A stretch of DNA of 64,000 nucleotides from Planctomycetaceae bacterium. GTDB taxonomy: Bacteria > Planctomycetota > Planctomycetia > Planctomycetales > Planctomycetaceae. Below, piece after piece: positions 46,224 to 56,447 of this stretch (position 1 is the first letter of the stretch; every line of letters starts with the position of its first letter). A program made the translations under genes and the position numbers. The notes below the pieces were generated by a model. The model ran no database searches and was not told the DNA's origin. It saw only the letters and a program-made list of their open reading frames with translations. Where the stretch lies: the NCBI GenBank assembly GCA_041398745.1, contig JAWKUB010000005.1, forward strand, positions 542,497 through 606,496, written 5' to 3'.

Positions 46224-47963
46224 CTACAGCCCCGGCTTGGGTGGTTTTACCGGGCCGTCCATTGGTCTGATGCCTTTGGCGTTCAGTTTGCGTTTGAACA
46301 GTTGTGTCCCGCAGGTGACGTAGAGGATGTCGAGGTCGGGGCCGGCGAAGACGCAGTTGGAGAGCCAGCCGGGGCCGGGCTTCGTCAGGATGAGATGCAC
46401 GCGGCCGAGTTGATCGGTGATTTGCAGGCCGACTCGGGTGGTAATGTACACCCGGCCCAGCGTGTCGACCGTCATGCCGTCGGCGCCGCTGGAGTAGTTA
46501 TCATCGGGCACGTGCAAATGGCCGTGTCGCTGCTTGTAGGCGAGTTTGCCATCCGACTGAATTTGATACGAGTACGTGAAACGTCCGTCGGTGTCGGCGA
46601 CGTTCAGCAGGGTTTGATCGGGCGACATAATGACGCCGTTGGGTTTCTTGACCCCCTCGTCTGCGAGCGAGACTTCGCCGCTGGGTGACCATCTCCACAC
46701 TTTGCTGTTGTTGGGATCAGTGAAATAGCCACTGCCGTCAGCAAGTACAACGAGGTCATTCGAGGGTTGTCCTTCGCAGACGGTTTCTTCCTTCCCGTCC
46801 TCGGTGTAGCGCACAATTTTCTTGGTGTCGTTCTGACAGGCGTACAGTTTTCCGTCGGGGCCGAACATGAGTCCGTTCACGCCGGGGCTGTTTTCCGCGA
46901 ACACGGAGACAGAACCATCGGCCTCCAGTTTGTGGATGCGACCGTTCGGAATATCGGTGAAGAAGAGTTCCCCTTTTGCATTCACCGCCGGACCTTCGGT
47001 GAACTTGTAACCTTCGGTGACGAGTTCCCAGCCTTCCCCTTCAATAAGTACGTCGGTGCGGCGTTTGGGAGGATGCCCCGCCACAATGGGCTCGGGATAA
47101 TTCTTCCACAGAAAGCGGAAGGCGTCGGGTGTAATGGCGGCAGATTGTTTGCCATCGTGTCCCCCTTCGCCCCAGGCATGCTCAACCTCGTAGCCAGAGA
47201 ACTTCAGAGCCGAGAGCATTCCCTGGTTGGCGTTCCACCAGTCGCCCGCGTAAATGTTGAGGTCGTTCTCACCATCTTGCAGGAAGACGCGAATGGGCTT
47301 CGGCTCATACTTGCGGACAAGCGTCGGGAAAGCATCACCGCCCCGTAGGCCGACATACGTTCCAATAGTGCTGTAGACGCGGCGGAATTCGTCGGGACGT
47401 TCCCAGGCGACATTGAACGCGCAAATGGCTCCGGAGCTGGCACCACAAATGGCACGGTCGTTGGGATTGGTGCTGAGGTTGTAATCCTTCGCGACGGCGG
47501 GCAGGATTTCTTCGAGCAGGAACCGGGCGTAGGCATCGCCGAGACCGTCGTATTCGAAGCTGCGGTTGTAGCGGGCTTCCGCGTTTTCATTCGCTGCGGG
47601 AACAACACCTGGCTCAATGAAAATTCCAATTTGCGGCGGCACTTCCCCTTTATGTGTCAAATTGTCCAGCACCGTCGGAATTTTCCAGCCGTTCGCGCGG
47701 CCGAGACCATCTTGCACGACGAGTACACAGGTGGGTTTGCTGGCATCGTACTGCGCGGGGACATACACCCAGTAGCGGCGATGCGTCCCCGGGAAAATCT
47801 TGCTGTTGTTCCACTCAAACGGCCCCTTGACTTCCCCCTGCGGCACCCCCTCCTGCGGCATGGAATCTTCCGTGAGGGGATACTCATTCGCCCCCATTGC
47901 CAAAGCCGAACAGGCCACCACGGCCAGACACGTCGCAAACAACTTCCGCATGTGAATCCTCAA
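46224..47963 (-). CDS. Secreted fusion of an esterase (enterochelin-esterase-like alpha/beta hydrolase) and an SMP-30/gluconolactonase/LRE-like beta-propeller
   Basis: Signal peptide MRKLFATCLAVVACSALAMG. The esterase block is AICGASSGAICAF (GxSxG-like). The propeller repeats include GPDGKLYACQ, SGYFTDPNN and LGRVYITT. Confidence 0.75.
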   Translation of the reverse strand: MRIHMRKLFATCLAVVACSALAMGANEYPLTEDSMPQEGVPQGEVKGPFEWNNSKIFPGTHRRYWVYVPAQYDASKPTCVLVVQDGLGRANGWKIPTVLDNLTHKGEVPPQIGIFIEPGVVPAANENAEARYNRSFEYDGLGDAYARFLLEEILPAVAKDYNLSTNPNDRAICGASSGAICAFNVAWERPDEFRRVYSTIGTYVGLRGGDAFPTLVRKYEPKPIRVFLQDGENDLNIYAGDWWNANQGMLSALKFSGYEVEHAWGEGGHDGKQSAAITPDAFRFLWKNYPEPIVAGHPPKRRTDVLIEGEGWELVTEGYKFTEGPAVNAKGELFFTDIPNGRIHKLEADGSVSVFAENSPGVNGLMFGPDGKLYACQNDTKKIVRYTEDGKEETVCEGQPSNDLVVLADGSGYFTDPNNSKVWRWSPSGEVSLADEGVKKPNGVIMSPDQTLLNVADTDGRFTYSYQIQSDGKLAYKQRHGHLHVPDDNYSSGADGMTVDTLGRVYITTRVGLQITDQLGRVHLILTKPGPGWLSNCVFAGPDLDILYVTCGTQLFKRKLNAKGIRPMDGPVKPPKPGL

Positions 47964-48257
47964 TCCTCAGCCGGTTCCCTCGAGCGCCCAGCCACCACGG
48001 CAAGGCCAAAGAAACGGTAGAGGATGGGGGTGGGGAAGTCTATGGTGTGGGGATGGTGACTGAGTCGCAGTTGAAGCTGGAGAGTAACTTCAGGGACATG
48101 TGCGTGAGTTGGTGGACACGATAAGCTGTGACTGAGAGTTGATTGTCTACCAGAATCTCTGTCAAACTCTATTAATAATGGATCAATTTCTTTTGCCAAT
48201 GCCGACCGTAGTTTGCACAGGATTTTACGATCAAAGAAAGCGGGTTTGGCCAGATCG

Positions 48258-51200
48258 ATGATATTCATCAACTATCGAAAGAGCGATACTCAGGGAGTGG
48301 TTGACCATTTGGCGTTTCGCCTGAAGAGCCAGTTTGGAGACGAGGCAGTCTTCAAAGATGATGCCGACCTGCAGGGCGGCGAACGGTGGCCCGCACGCCT
48401 AAGGGATGAGATTAGCAATCGACAAGTCGTCTTGGCCGTTATTGGTCCTGACTGGCTGACAGCCGAAGATCAGAGTGGAAACAGACGGCTTGATAATTGT
48501 GACGACTGGGTTCGTCAAGAACTCTGCTTGGCATTCGACCTCGATCGAGACGTCCTAGTGCTCCTTGTGGACGGTGCCAAAGTTCCCTCCAAGCAAGACC
48601 TGCCAGATTCAGCACTCCGAATGTTACCTGAGATTCAGACACTTCCGTTAAGGACGGGACGGGACTTTGAAGCCGACTTGGAGAGACTTGCTGAACGATT
48701 ACTTCAGTTGACTCATTCTCGGCTTCCTGGCGGCGGCGGGAAAGCACTAGGTACACCTGTCGACACGTCGAATCTGCCTTTCGTCGGCGACAGTTTCATT
48801 GGTCGAGTTGAGGAACTGAGGAGGCTTCAGCAAGCACTAACCGGTTCGCAACAGCAGTCGCTGGTTACGGTTTGGGGACCACCCGGATCTGGAAAGACAA
48901 GACTGGCCGTTCAGGTTGCGAGGCTCATCTCGTCTCGGTTTTCTGGAGGCTGCTGGTTTGCAGATCTTTCCGACTGCCAATCCGCTGACGATGTTGCTCA
49001 TGCGGTGGCCAAGGCATTTTCAGTACCATTAACTGGCAAGACTTCCCCAACTGAAGAAGTTGCGCGTGTCCTCGAATACAGGAAGCCGATGTTGCTTATC
49101 TTGGACAACTTTGAACAAGTCGCGGAAACTGCACCTGACACAATTGTGTACTGGAGGCGGGTTGCCCCGCAAGTTCGTTTCCTCACAACAAGCCGCACGC
49201 TTCTGGCAATTGCAGACGAACATGAGTTCATGTTGGATCCGCTACCTATTCCCGAAGGAAATTGTCAGCAATTTACGGAAGAAGAGCTTCTGAATTATGG
49301 AGCTATTCAATTGTTTGTTGAAAGAGCGAGTAGTGTGCGTCCAGAATTTCGCCTTGACGATCAAAATGCCAGTGATGTCGTGTCAATATGCCAACGTTTG
49401 GATGGTGTGCCGTTGGCGATCGAACTGGCTGCAGCGCGAATGCGGATTTTTCAAACAGGTCAACTGCTTGAGCGACTGGAGAAGCGGTTTGACATTCTGA
49501 AGTCAAATCGGAGAGACATTCATCGTCGTCATCAAACATTATTGGCAGCAATCGATTGGAGTTTTGATCTGCTCCAACCTTGGGAGCAAGAGACGCTCTT
49601 GCAAGCTTCCATCTTCCGCGGGGGCTTCTTCCTTAGTGCTGCGGAGGAAATCATCGACCTTTCCGCCAGCGAGGGATCCCCGACTGTAATGGACGCGGTT
49701 CAGTCCTTATGCGAGAAAGGTCTGCTCGTCGCCTCCGACACAATTCATGGAACGCGATTTCGGATGCTTCTGACAATTCGCGAGTTTGGTCAGTCTCGAA
49801 TTGAGCAATCGTGGAGCCCTGAGAAACTGAGTGCACTGTGGAATGCGTTTACCCAGTCATACCTCAAGTATGCGACGAACTGGAACGATCGAATTCACAG
49901 CGAGAGTTGCCGAGTTGCTTTGGATCGACTGGAACTTGAAATCCCGAACTGTCTTGCAGCATACGACTGGCAGATGGATACGGAAGATTTCGACAACTGT
50001 GCTCTAATCATACTCGCTTTGGGCGAGGTTCTCACGCTTCGCGGGCCAGTGCATGAACGGATCCCAAGGATTGAAATGTGCCTCCAGAACGTCTCGGCAC
50101 TGAAAAAAGAATACGCTGGAGAACTCGCGGTCGTACTCGTTGATGCGATGCACGATATTGGTGAATGGGAACGCGGCATCGAGTTGGCAGTTCGAACGCA
50201 GGAAGAATTGAGCCATGACGCGAATGAATTGATGGCACAGTTGCTGTTTATTCACTCACGGATGCTTTGCCTTCGAGGAAGTTACCTGGAGGCCATCAAC
50301 GGATTGCGCGAGGCGCAGCGACGGTTTGAAGAATTCGGTGACGAGCGAAGATTATCCAACTGTGCAAGCCAGCTGGGTTGGGCTTACATGCACATCGGAG
50401 AAGATGATCTTGCACTTGAATGTTACGTCTCCGCAGAAAGGCACGGCAGAACAGCAGGGGATCCGCTGGCAGTTGCAGCTGCTTACAATAATCGTGGTGT
50501 TTTCCACAATGATCGAAGAGAGTTGGACGATGCACTGAAGCATATGAAACAGGCCGAACTAATGTTTGCAGAGTCAGGAGATCGGCGCTCGTCAGCGCTC
50601 CCAATAAGCAACCAAGCAACTGTGTTCCAGAAGCGCCGACAGTTTGACGCAGCGATTGTGTGTTGTGACAAAGCGGAGGAGATCAACCGGGAGTTCGGAA
50701 ACCACTATTCGCTAGCTGCCAACATCAACAATCGCGCGATGGCAAATCGTAGCTTTGGGCGATTACAAGTTGCCATTGATGGTTACAAGGAAGCGGAAAG
50801 CATTAACCGACGACTTGGAAACCTGCCATGGCTTGCAAAGAATCTCAACAATCGTGGATTAGTGCATATGGATCTTGAACAGTTTGATGAGGCTGTTCAG
50901 AGTTTTCGTGAGTCAGAAGAGATTTGTACTTTGATTGGCAGTGATCGTGGGAGAGCGTATGCTTTGAACAACTGGGGGCGAGTCTTGGGGAGAATGGGAA
51001 ATCACGAACGAGCTTTGGAACTGATTTCCGAGGCCGAGGTGATCAATCGCAGAACTGAGAACTGGGAGGAACTTGCCGAAAATCTGGGAAATCGTGGAAG
51101 ACTTCTATTCGATCAGGGAAGTCTCATCGAAGCAGATTCCGCACTATGTGCATCGCTCGAAATGTACGAAGAAGGTGACGTCCGAAATCTGTACCGATTC

Positions 51201-51380
51201 GAGTTTACAGTGATCCGAGCCTTGGTCTTAAAGGCCTTGGGGCCCCAAACGGAGTGGGAAACCCTTGCTGCCACTGCGATTCAACTTGCCGATGAACTTG
51301 ATTTGGCCGAGCAAGACCAGTCGACATGGTTCGTGCGTCTATTGCCGTTGGTACGGAATCTCACGAACTCTGAGCGTTGA
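48258..51380 (+). CDS. TIR - NB-ARC (STAND) - TPR protein
   Basis: MIFINYRKSDTQ... and DWVRQELCLA (TIR). Walker A WGPPGSGKTRLA, Walker B MLLILDNFE, and DGVPLAIELAAARM (GxP motif). The C-terminus carries many TPR-like NNRG/LG.. repeats. Confidence 0.8.
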   Translation: MIFINYRKSDTQGVVDHLAFRLKSQFGDEAVFKDDADLQGGERWPARLRDEISNRQVVLAVIGPDWLTAEDQSGNRRLDNCDDWVRQELCLAFDLDRDVLVLLVDGAKVPSKQDLPDSALRMLPEIQTLPLRTGRDFEADLERLAERLLQLTHSRLPGGGGKALGTPVDTSNLPFVGDSFIGRVEELRRLQQALTGSQQQSLVTVWGPPGSGKTRLAVQVARLISSRFSGGCWFADLSDCQSADDVAHAVAKAFSVPLTGKTSPTEEVARVLEYRKPMLLILDNFEQVAETAPDTIVYWRRVAPQVRFLTTSRTLLAIADEHEFMLDPLPIPEGNCQQFTEEELLNYGAIQLFVERASSVRPEFRLDDQNASDVVSICQRLDGVPLAIELAAARMRIFQTGQLLERLEKRFDILKSNRRDIHRRHQTLLAAIDWSFDLLQPWEQETLLQASIFRGGFFLSAAEEIIDLSASEGSPTVMDAVQSLCEKGLLVASDTIHGTRFRMLLTIREFGQSRIEQSWSPEKLSALWNAFTQSYLKYATNWNDRIHSESCRVALDRLELEIPNCLAAYDWQMDTEDFDNCALIILALGEVLTLRGPVHERIPRIEMCLQNVSALKKEYAGELAVVLVDAMHDIGEWERGIELAVRTQEELSHDANELMAQLLFIHSRMLCLRGSYLEAINGLREAQRRFEEFGDERRLSNCASQLGWAYMHIGEDDLALECYVSAERHGRTAGDPLAVAAAYNNRGVFHNDRRELDDALKHMKQAELMFAESGDRRSSALPISNQATVFQKRRQFDAAIVCCDKAEEINREFGNHYSLAANINNRAMANRSFGRLQVAIDGYKEAESINRRLGNLPWLAKNLNNRGLVHMDLEQFDEAVQSFRESEEICTLIGSDRGRAYALNNWGRVLGRMGNHERALELISEAEVINRRTENWEELAENLGNRGRLLFDQGSLIEADSALCASLEMYEEGDVRNLYRFEFTVIRALVLKALGPQTEWETLAATAIQLADELDLAEQDQSTWFVRLLPLVRNLTNSER

Positions 51381-51792
51381 AATGAAGTGGCCTGGCAAAA
51401 AAGTAACAGCCCCCGGTCATGAGAATCCATAGGCCGCCTGAGACAGAAAACGCAAAGAGCCACTGCCGGTTCTTTCGAGCCGAAATGAGGGTGTGTGGTG
51501 GCACCTCCATATCGGAGTAGATGTCGTCGCAGTCAAAACCGGTGTCCGGCGACATCATGTTTGGGCCGGACGAGACAATTCGGACGACAATGCCGTTATG
51601 CGTCACAACTCGATATGGCTGGCCCCACGGGTCAAGAAGTTCTGGTGCAGCACCTGATTCCAAAATCTGCCGTGATTGCAAATACGCCTGCGCCAGTCGA
51701 GCTTCGCGGCGCCCCTGCTCGATTGCGGGGGCACAAGCCAAGAAGACGAGAATGCAAACGCAGGAAATCGCAGCGATGATGCTGAATCGCAT
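51361..51792 (-). CDS. GspG-like (type II secretion pseudopilin C-domain) protein lacking the canonical prepilin motif
   Basis: LLDPWGQPYRVV...IVSSGPNMMSPDTGFDCDDIYS resembles the T2SS-G domain. The 3' end overlaps the TIR-STAND gene by 20 nt. Confidence 0.45.
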   Translation of the reverse strand: MRFSIIAAISCVCILVFLACAPAIEQGRREARLAQAYLQSRQILESGAAPELLDPWGQPYRVVTHNGIVVRIVSSGPNMMSPDTGFDCDDIYSDMEVPPHTLISARKNRQWLFAFSVSGGLWILMTGGCYFFARPLHFNAQSS

Positions 51793-52040
51793 AGGGAACT
51801 AAATCGAAACGTCGTCTCAATCGAAAGGTGTCACGCTCGCTATTCTACACCACGTTAGTCCCCACGTGCAGCAGCATGCAGCAGTGATTATTGAACGTCA
51901 CGGTCCACATTTCGATGGTAAAGCGGCGACGAAAACGGCCTCAGGAACGGAATTGTTTGATCCTCCGTGCTGACAAAGGTGTATTGTTACCGATAGACTG
52001 AAAGTGGATGTGCTCCTGTTGATTGAGTTGGAAACCACTA

Positions 52041-52529
52041 ATGGCACTGGTCTTGAAACCGAAAGAAGGCGAGGGGCGTCCCATTCCGCTCGACAAAGCC
52101 ATTGTCTTTCTCGGACGGGGACAGGAGTGTGACGTGATACTGACGGGCAGTCGGAAGGTTTCTCGAAAGCACTGCTGCATTGCCCAAATTGACGACCACT
52201 ACATTGTGCGTGATTTGGGCAGCCTAAATGGCGTTCGCTTGAACGGTGCTCAGGTGGAACGTGAAATGCTGCTGAAACCGGGCGATGAATTGTGCATTGG
52301 AGATTTGCTGTTTCAGGCGTACGAACTGAAGAAGCAACAGGGTAAACCGGCTCCCAAGGCCAAGCCTAAGCCCAATCCTTACATGGTCAGTGGTGATTTG
52401 CCTGTCGCCATCCCCGATGAAGACGAAGACTTCGCCGTTGAAGCAACAAACGCTCAACACATTCCCGTTGCCGAATTTGCCGACAGCGACGACGAAATCC
52501 TCGAAATGCGTGACGAAGATTTTGAGTAG
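52041..52529 (+). CDS. FHA-domain protein with an acidic C-terminal tail
   Basis: VFLGRGQECDVILTGSRKVSRKHCCI...YIVRDLGSLNGVRLNG. Confidence 0.8.
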   Translation: MALVLKPKEGEGRPIPLDKAIVFLGRGQECDVILTGSRKVSRKHCCIAQIDDHYIVRDLGSLNGVRLNGAQVEREMLLKPGDELCIGDLLFQAYELKKQQGKPAPKAKPKPNPYMVSGDLPVAIPDEDEDFAVEATNAQHIPVAEFADSDDEILEMRDEDFE

Positions 52530-52535
52530 CTGGTC

Positions 52536-54509
52536 TTACTCTGCTTCCCGTTCTGGCAACAGCACGAGAAAGTCGAAGAGCTGGCCGTAACGCTTGCCAT
52601 CGAGTGTGATGTCGAATGGGACAATCTGAAGCCCCGAGGTTTTTGGCGAAGCGTCTCTTCGAAGCATTACTTTGAACGACTTGCGACTCTCGGGTGGCAC
52701 TGATCCCTCCAACACCGCGGGTGTTGCGGTGACTCCCTCTGGCAATACGAGAGCAACTTCGTGTTGCTGCTCGGTCGAGCGAAAGTTTCGGATGGTAATT
52801 TCCACTTCCTGCTCTGCCGCTTCGCTTAAATCAACACGGTACGGATACGCCGAAACCCAGTAGGGATCGAACAAATACTCGTAGTCCATTTCTGGCAACA
52901 GGTCTTTGTAGAGAACGACCATTTCCTGCGACCACGCGTGGTAACGCTGCAGAAATGCCTGTGGCTCGGGCATGACGTACGAATGGCTGCCCATGACAAT
53001 GTCGGGCTTTAAGTCCATCAGGTATTTGCTGCCAAGGACGTATCCTTCCTCAAGAATGGCGCTGTTGCGACACACGACCGCTTCGTGTCCGTTTTGAGCG
53101 GGATCGCTCGGAGAGCCGAACAGATTGTCTCCCGTGAACGCGATTTTCTTGCCATCGAGTTCGAGCCATAGACAGCAGTGAAACTCAGTCTGGCCCGGCA
53201 TCCAATCGACGTGGATGGTGTACCCTTCCCACTCGACGGTCTCACCATCTTCAAAGGCCTTTTCGATTTGCATGCCGTCAAAGCCATCACCGTACGCCGA
53301 AACAAGTGCTGCGTAGTCGTAGCGGCGAGGATGCTCACAGCGGTCGACAATACTTTTGAGTGTCCAGGCTTCGGCTCCGAACTCCTTCAGTGCGGGTCCC
53401 AGAAGAAAATGATCGCCATGCATATGCGAAATCCAGAACGCGTCGATTTCCTTCAGTCCCATGTGCTCCCGCAAGCCAACAATGATTTGTTCCAGCACAG
53501 CACGGGGAAATAATCCGGCGTCGAGGATTAAACCGTGACCACTGTCTGAAATGATGATGGCAAAATTGCGTCCCTGATGCTCATGGCTCAGCTTATAGAG
53601 GTGCGGCGTGACCTGATTAATGTGCGGGATGGGAGTTGGCGTTGAAATGGGATCGCGCAGTTCAACGGCCTTGTCGAACACCGGATACCCCCGCACATAA
53701 CTCGCGCGAAACTTCGTCAGCTTCTGTTGATACGTGGCAAGCTGATCTTTCGCACTGAGGATGACCGGCCCCTGCGAGGGGAGAATGACGTCGATGCTTT
53801 CTCCCCTCAGCTTCTCGACCGATTCGATGAGCGTGTCGACGCCTTTGGCGAATCCGTAATCCCATTCGGAATCGAACCAGTTGGTCATGGTGGGGCCGTC
53901 GTGAATGACACTCCCCGTGAATGCAATGGTTTTTCCCTCATGCATCACAACGAAACTCAAGCCGCCCGGTGATGTGCCTGGCGTGCTGAGGCATTTGATT
54001 TCAAAGTCGCGCCACGTGAAAGTTTCTCCCAGCTCCAGTTCTCCCGTGACATCGATGGGCTGCGCCGGCGGTCGTACATAGCTCGCACCGTACACGGTGT
54101 ACTGGTCGCCCAATTTGGGGAACCAGTGGCGAAAGCTCGCTGGGGCCTTGAGGATTTCCGCTTCCGCTGCGGACGTCACAATGTTGAAGGGCATAGTCTG
54201 ATTACGCAGCAGTCCCTGACAGCTCTCTCGATGATGGTCGGTCAGCAGAACCTGCTCGACGTGCTGCACGCCAATGTCCGCGAGATGCTCGAAGACTTTC
54301 CCATCACCCACGTTGACGAGCAACGCGGCCTCGCCACTTCGCAGCACATAGACGTTGCATGTGTCTGTCAGGCGAAACAGATTGCGCGCATTCTCAAATG
54401 CCGGCTCGAGCTTTTCGGCACGGGCTGTTTCAACCATCCCGACGACCAGCAACACTCGAACGGCGAGGGAAAGAGCACCATTATTCCAGGCGGACCATTT
54501 CATGCGCAT
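52536..54509 (-). CDS. Secreted protein with tandem metallo-beta-lactamase-fold domains
   Basis: Signal-like N-terminus. [12 protein letters not shown] is a degenerate first motif and [10 protein letters not shown] is a canonical HxHxDH. Confidence 0.7.
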   Translation of the reverse strand: MRMKWSAWNNGALSLAVRVLLVVGMVETARAEKLEPAFENARNLFRLTDTCNVYVLRSGEAALLVNVGDGKVFEHLADIGVQHVEQVLLTDHHRESCQGLLRNQTMPFNIVTSAAEAEILKAPASFRHWFPKLGDQYTVYGASYVRPPAQPIDVTGELELGETFTWRDFEIKCLSTPGTSPGGLSFVVMHEGKTIAFTGSVIHDGPTMTNWFDSEWDYGFAKGVDTLIESVEKLRGESIDVILPSQGPVILSAKDQLATYQQKLTKFRASYVRGYPVFDKAVELRDPISTPTPIPHINQVTPHLYKLSHEHQGRNFAIIISDSGHGLILDAGLFPRAVLEQIIVGLREHMGLKEIDAFWISHMHGDHFLLGPALKEFGAEAWTLKSIVDRCEHPRRYDYAALVSAYGDGFDGMQIEKAFEDGETVEWEGYTIHVDWMPGQTEFHCCLWLELDGKKIAFTGDNLFGSPSDPAQNGHEAVVCRNSAILEEGYVLGSKYLMDLKPDIVMGSHSYVMPEPQAFLQRYHAWSQEMVVLYKDLLPEMDYEYLFDPYWVSAYPYRVDLSEAAEQEVEITIRNFRSTEQQHEVALVLPEGVTATPAVLEGSVPPESRKSFKVMLRRDASPKTSGLQIVPFDITLDGKRYGQLFDFLVLLPEREAE

Positions 54510-54637
54510 TGCTCCGGTGATTGCTGCGACTGTAGAAGAGTTGATGAAGCGTCGCCTGACGGTTCACCAAACCAAATCCTAGCGGGTGACTTGTTTCGTT
54601 GGGAACCGAGTTGTCCGTTGAGTGCTGGAACGGCGTG

Positions 54638-54672
54638 GCTCACGCGGAAACGCGGGGATCGCGGAGGGGATG
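54638..54672 (-). repeat. REP-like element, family 2, copy 3 (inverted)
   Basis: The reverse complement reads ATCCCCTCCGCGATCCCCGCGTTTCCGCGTGAGCC. Confidence 0.8.
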
Positions 54673-54707
54673 ATTGGGACGCTCCGCGTTAGTGGAAGCC
54701 CTTGTGA

Positions 54708-54812
54708 AATGTAGAGGGAACTCCGGGGGCTTGTCAGCACCATTCACTGCGACGAACACAGAGCTTCTCTCCCTGAAATTGTACCACGCGTTTACGGGGC
54801 GCCCCGCCACCC
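54708..54812 (+). repeat. ~105-bp intergenic repeat, copy 1
   Basis: AATGTAGAGGGAACTCCGGGGGCTTGTCAGCACCATTCACTGCGACGAACACAGAGCTTCTCTCCCTGAAATTGTACCACGCGTTT... is near-identical to 56071-56176. Confidence 0.85.
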
Positions 54813-55025
54813 GGCCGCGCGGAGGGGAATATGAGATTGGATGCAATCCAGATGTTGCTATTGAGTTTCGTAGGTTAGGTGCAGCGAAGCGAAACCCAAC
54901 AATCGGCGCGAGAATCAAATGTTGGGTGATGCGAACGTACTCGACAACGTTCTAGTCGACTGTGACTCACGTCTGAATCAGCTCACGAAGCCGCCCTTCC
55001 GTTCGCGTCACCCAACCAATTGGAA

Positions 55026-55460
55026 CTATGTTGGACTCCATTCGCGCTGCAGCAACGATTCAAGTGTAATTTCCAAATCTTCAATGTCGCATGGTGATTC
55101 ATTTGATTTATCCCATTGCACTAGCAACGGGACAACAGAAGCGTCTCCGGTCAGCTCAGCAAGAATTGGTTCGCCGTCGTAGCCGCACGCAAGGTGCATC
55201 AATGTTCGGCCGTTGAACTTGAAAGTTTCAGTAGTTGGAACGAGCGGTGCAAAACATTGAATCCAGAAGTCAGGGAGAAAACACCCGGGCGTCGACAACA
55301 GCAACGAGGCGTCAGAATAGAGTTGTCGAAGGGAGTGGGGGAGTTCAAGTCCAGTTGCCAGCTCGAATGCGGCAAAGTCCGCACGAGTGAGTTTCTCGCG
55401 ATGACTTTCGCCAAGTCGCCTAGCCTTTTCCTGGGTATCTTCGTGGTCGTGTGGATTCAT
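55026..55460 (-). CDS. SMI1/KNR4-like immunity-type protein
   Basis: LTRADFAAFELATGLELPHSLRQLYS fits the SMI1/KNR4 N-terminal pattern, and the protein is small and acidic. Confidence 0.5.
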   Translation of the reverse strand: MNPHDHEDTQEKARRLGESHREKLTRADFAAFELATGLELPHSLRQLYSDASLLLSTPGCFLPDFWIQCFAPLVPTTETFKFNGRTLMHLACGYDGEPILAELTGDASVVPLLVQWDKSNESPCDIEDLEITLESLLQREWSPT

Positions 55461-55504
55461 GTTCGGCTGTGGCCTAAGAAAGTGTCTCCTCCTTGTTCCA
55501 AACC

Positions 55505-56014
55505 CTACGAAACTTCATCCAAAGCAGTCGGGGGATCAAGGTTGGGCATGATTGGGCCAAAGAACGGGTCATCGAGTTCCGTTACCCGACCATTTTCGAT
55601 TCGATGAACGCGGAACACATTCGTGTAGTCATAGTCGACGGGTGGGGTAAATCGCGAGTACCGCTTTGGGGCGACCGTTGGATCGTGGGCATCCTCATCG
55701 TCGTGGACGTAGAACCGTCCGTAACTACCCGGACCATTTTGGGCAATCCAATCCAGCATGTCCCAGACTGGTGCGGCACGGTGATTGCGAGAAATGCAGA
55801 ACATCAAGATGCCGTTTTGGAAGTTGATGGTCTCATGAAAATAGGTCCGGAACATTGGGTGGGGATTGGCGGCGCACCATTCATTGAACGCAGCCCACAG
55901 TTTTCGGTCCGCCGCGTCAACAGCTTCGTCAATTCGCTCTAGTTCCGAGAACTCAGCGTCCCGGTAAGACTCGTGTGATGATCGGAGAATGCACCATCCA
56001 TAGCCTGAAAACAT
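55505..56014 (-). CDS. Imm7-like immunity-type protein
   Basis: From the internal ATG the protein begins MFSGYGWCILRSSHES..., resembling the M.E.HGW... start of the Imm7 family. The longer ORF runs into the 105-bp repeat. Confidence 0.45.
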   Translation of the reverse strand: MFSGYGWCILRSSHESYRDAEFSELERIDEAVDAADRKLWAAFNEWCAANPHPMFRTYFHETINFQNGILMFCISRNHRAAPVWDMLDWIAQNGPGSYGRFYVHDDEDAHDPTVAPKRYSRFTPPVDYDYTNVFRVHRIENGRVTELDDPFFGPIMPNLDPPTALDEVS

Positions 56015-56070
56015 CACGATCTCCCGACAAAAGTGACCTCGTTCCCAAGCTCCGCTTGGGAACGCCCTGC

Positions 56071-56176
56071 AATGTAGTGGGAACTTCGGGGGCTTGTCAG
56101 CACCATTCACTGCGGCGAACACAGAGCTTCTCTCCCTGAAATTGTACCACGCGTTTGCAAGGCGCCCCCGCCACCC
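56071..56176 (+). repeat. ~105-bp intergenic repeat, copy 2
   Basis: Same orientation as 54708-54812, with a few substitutions. Confidence 0.85.
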
Positions 56177-56447
56177 AGACCGCCATCATTGCCAACAGTA
56201 ATGACCGCGTTGCTGCATTGTGGGCAATGGCCGGAGTAGTGCCAGAGGAACGCAGTTCCGTCCACGACAATCTTGTGTGTGCCTCTTTTGGGCCATGCCA
56301 TTCTTGAGTTCCCCTCGCTCGTGAGTTTAGTCTGCCAAACAAAGGATCACGCCGCAACCGCCGATCATCTTTCGTCGACCACTCCCCTCCTGATACACTT
56401 TGTGTACCTGAATTTGCCCTGCCACCGTGAGTTGTCGAACCGAATCC

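Noticed and set aside
45666-46688. 340-aa plus-strand ORF
   Set aside because: It runs antisense across the ends of two well-supported minus-strand genes (the membrane protein and the esterase/SMP-30 fusion) and has no motif.
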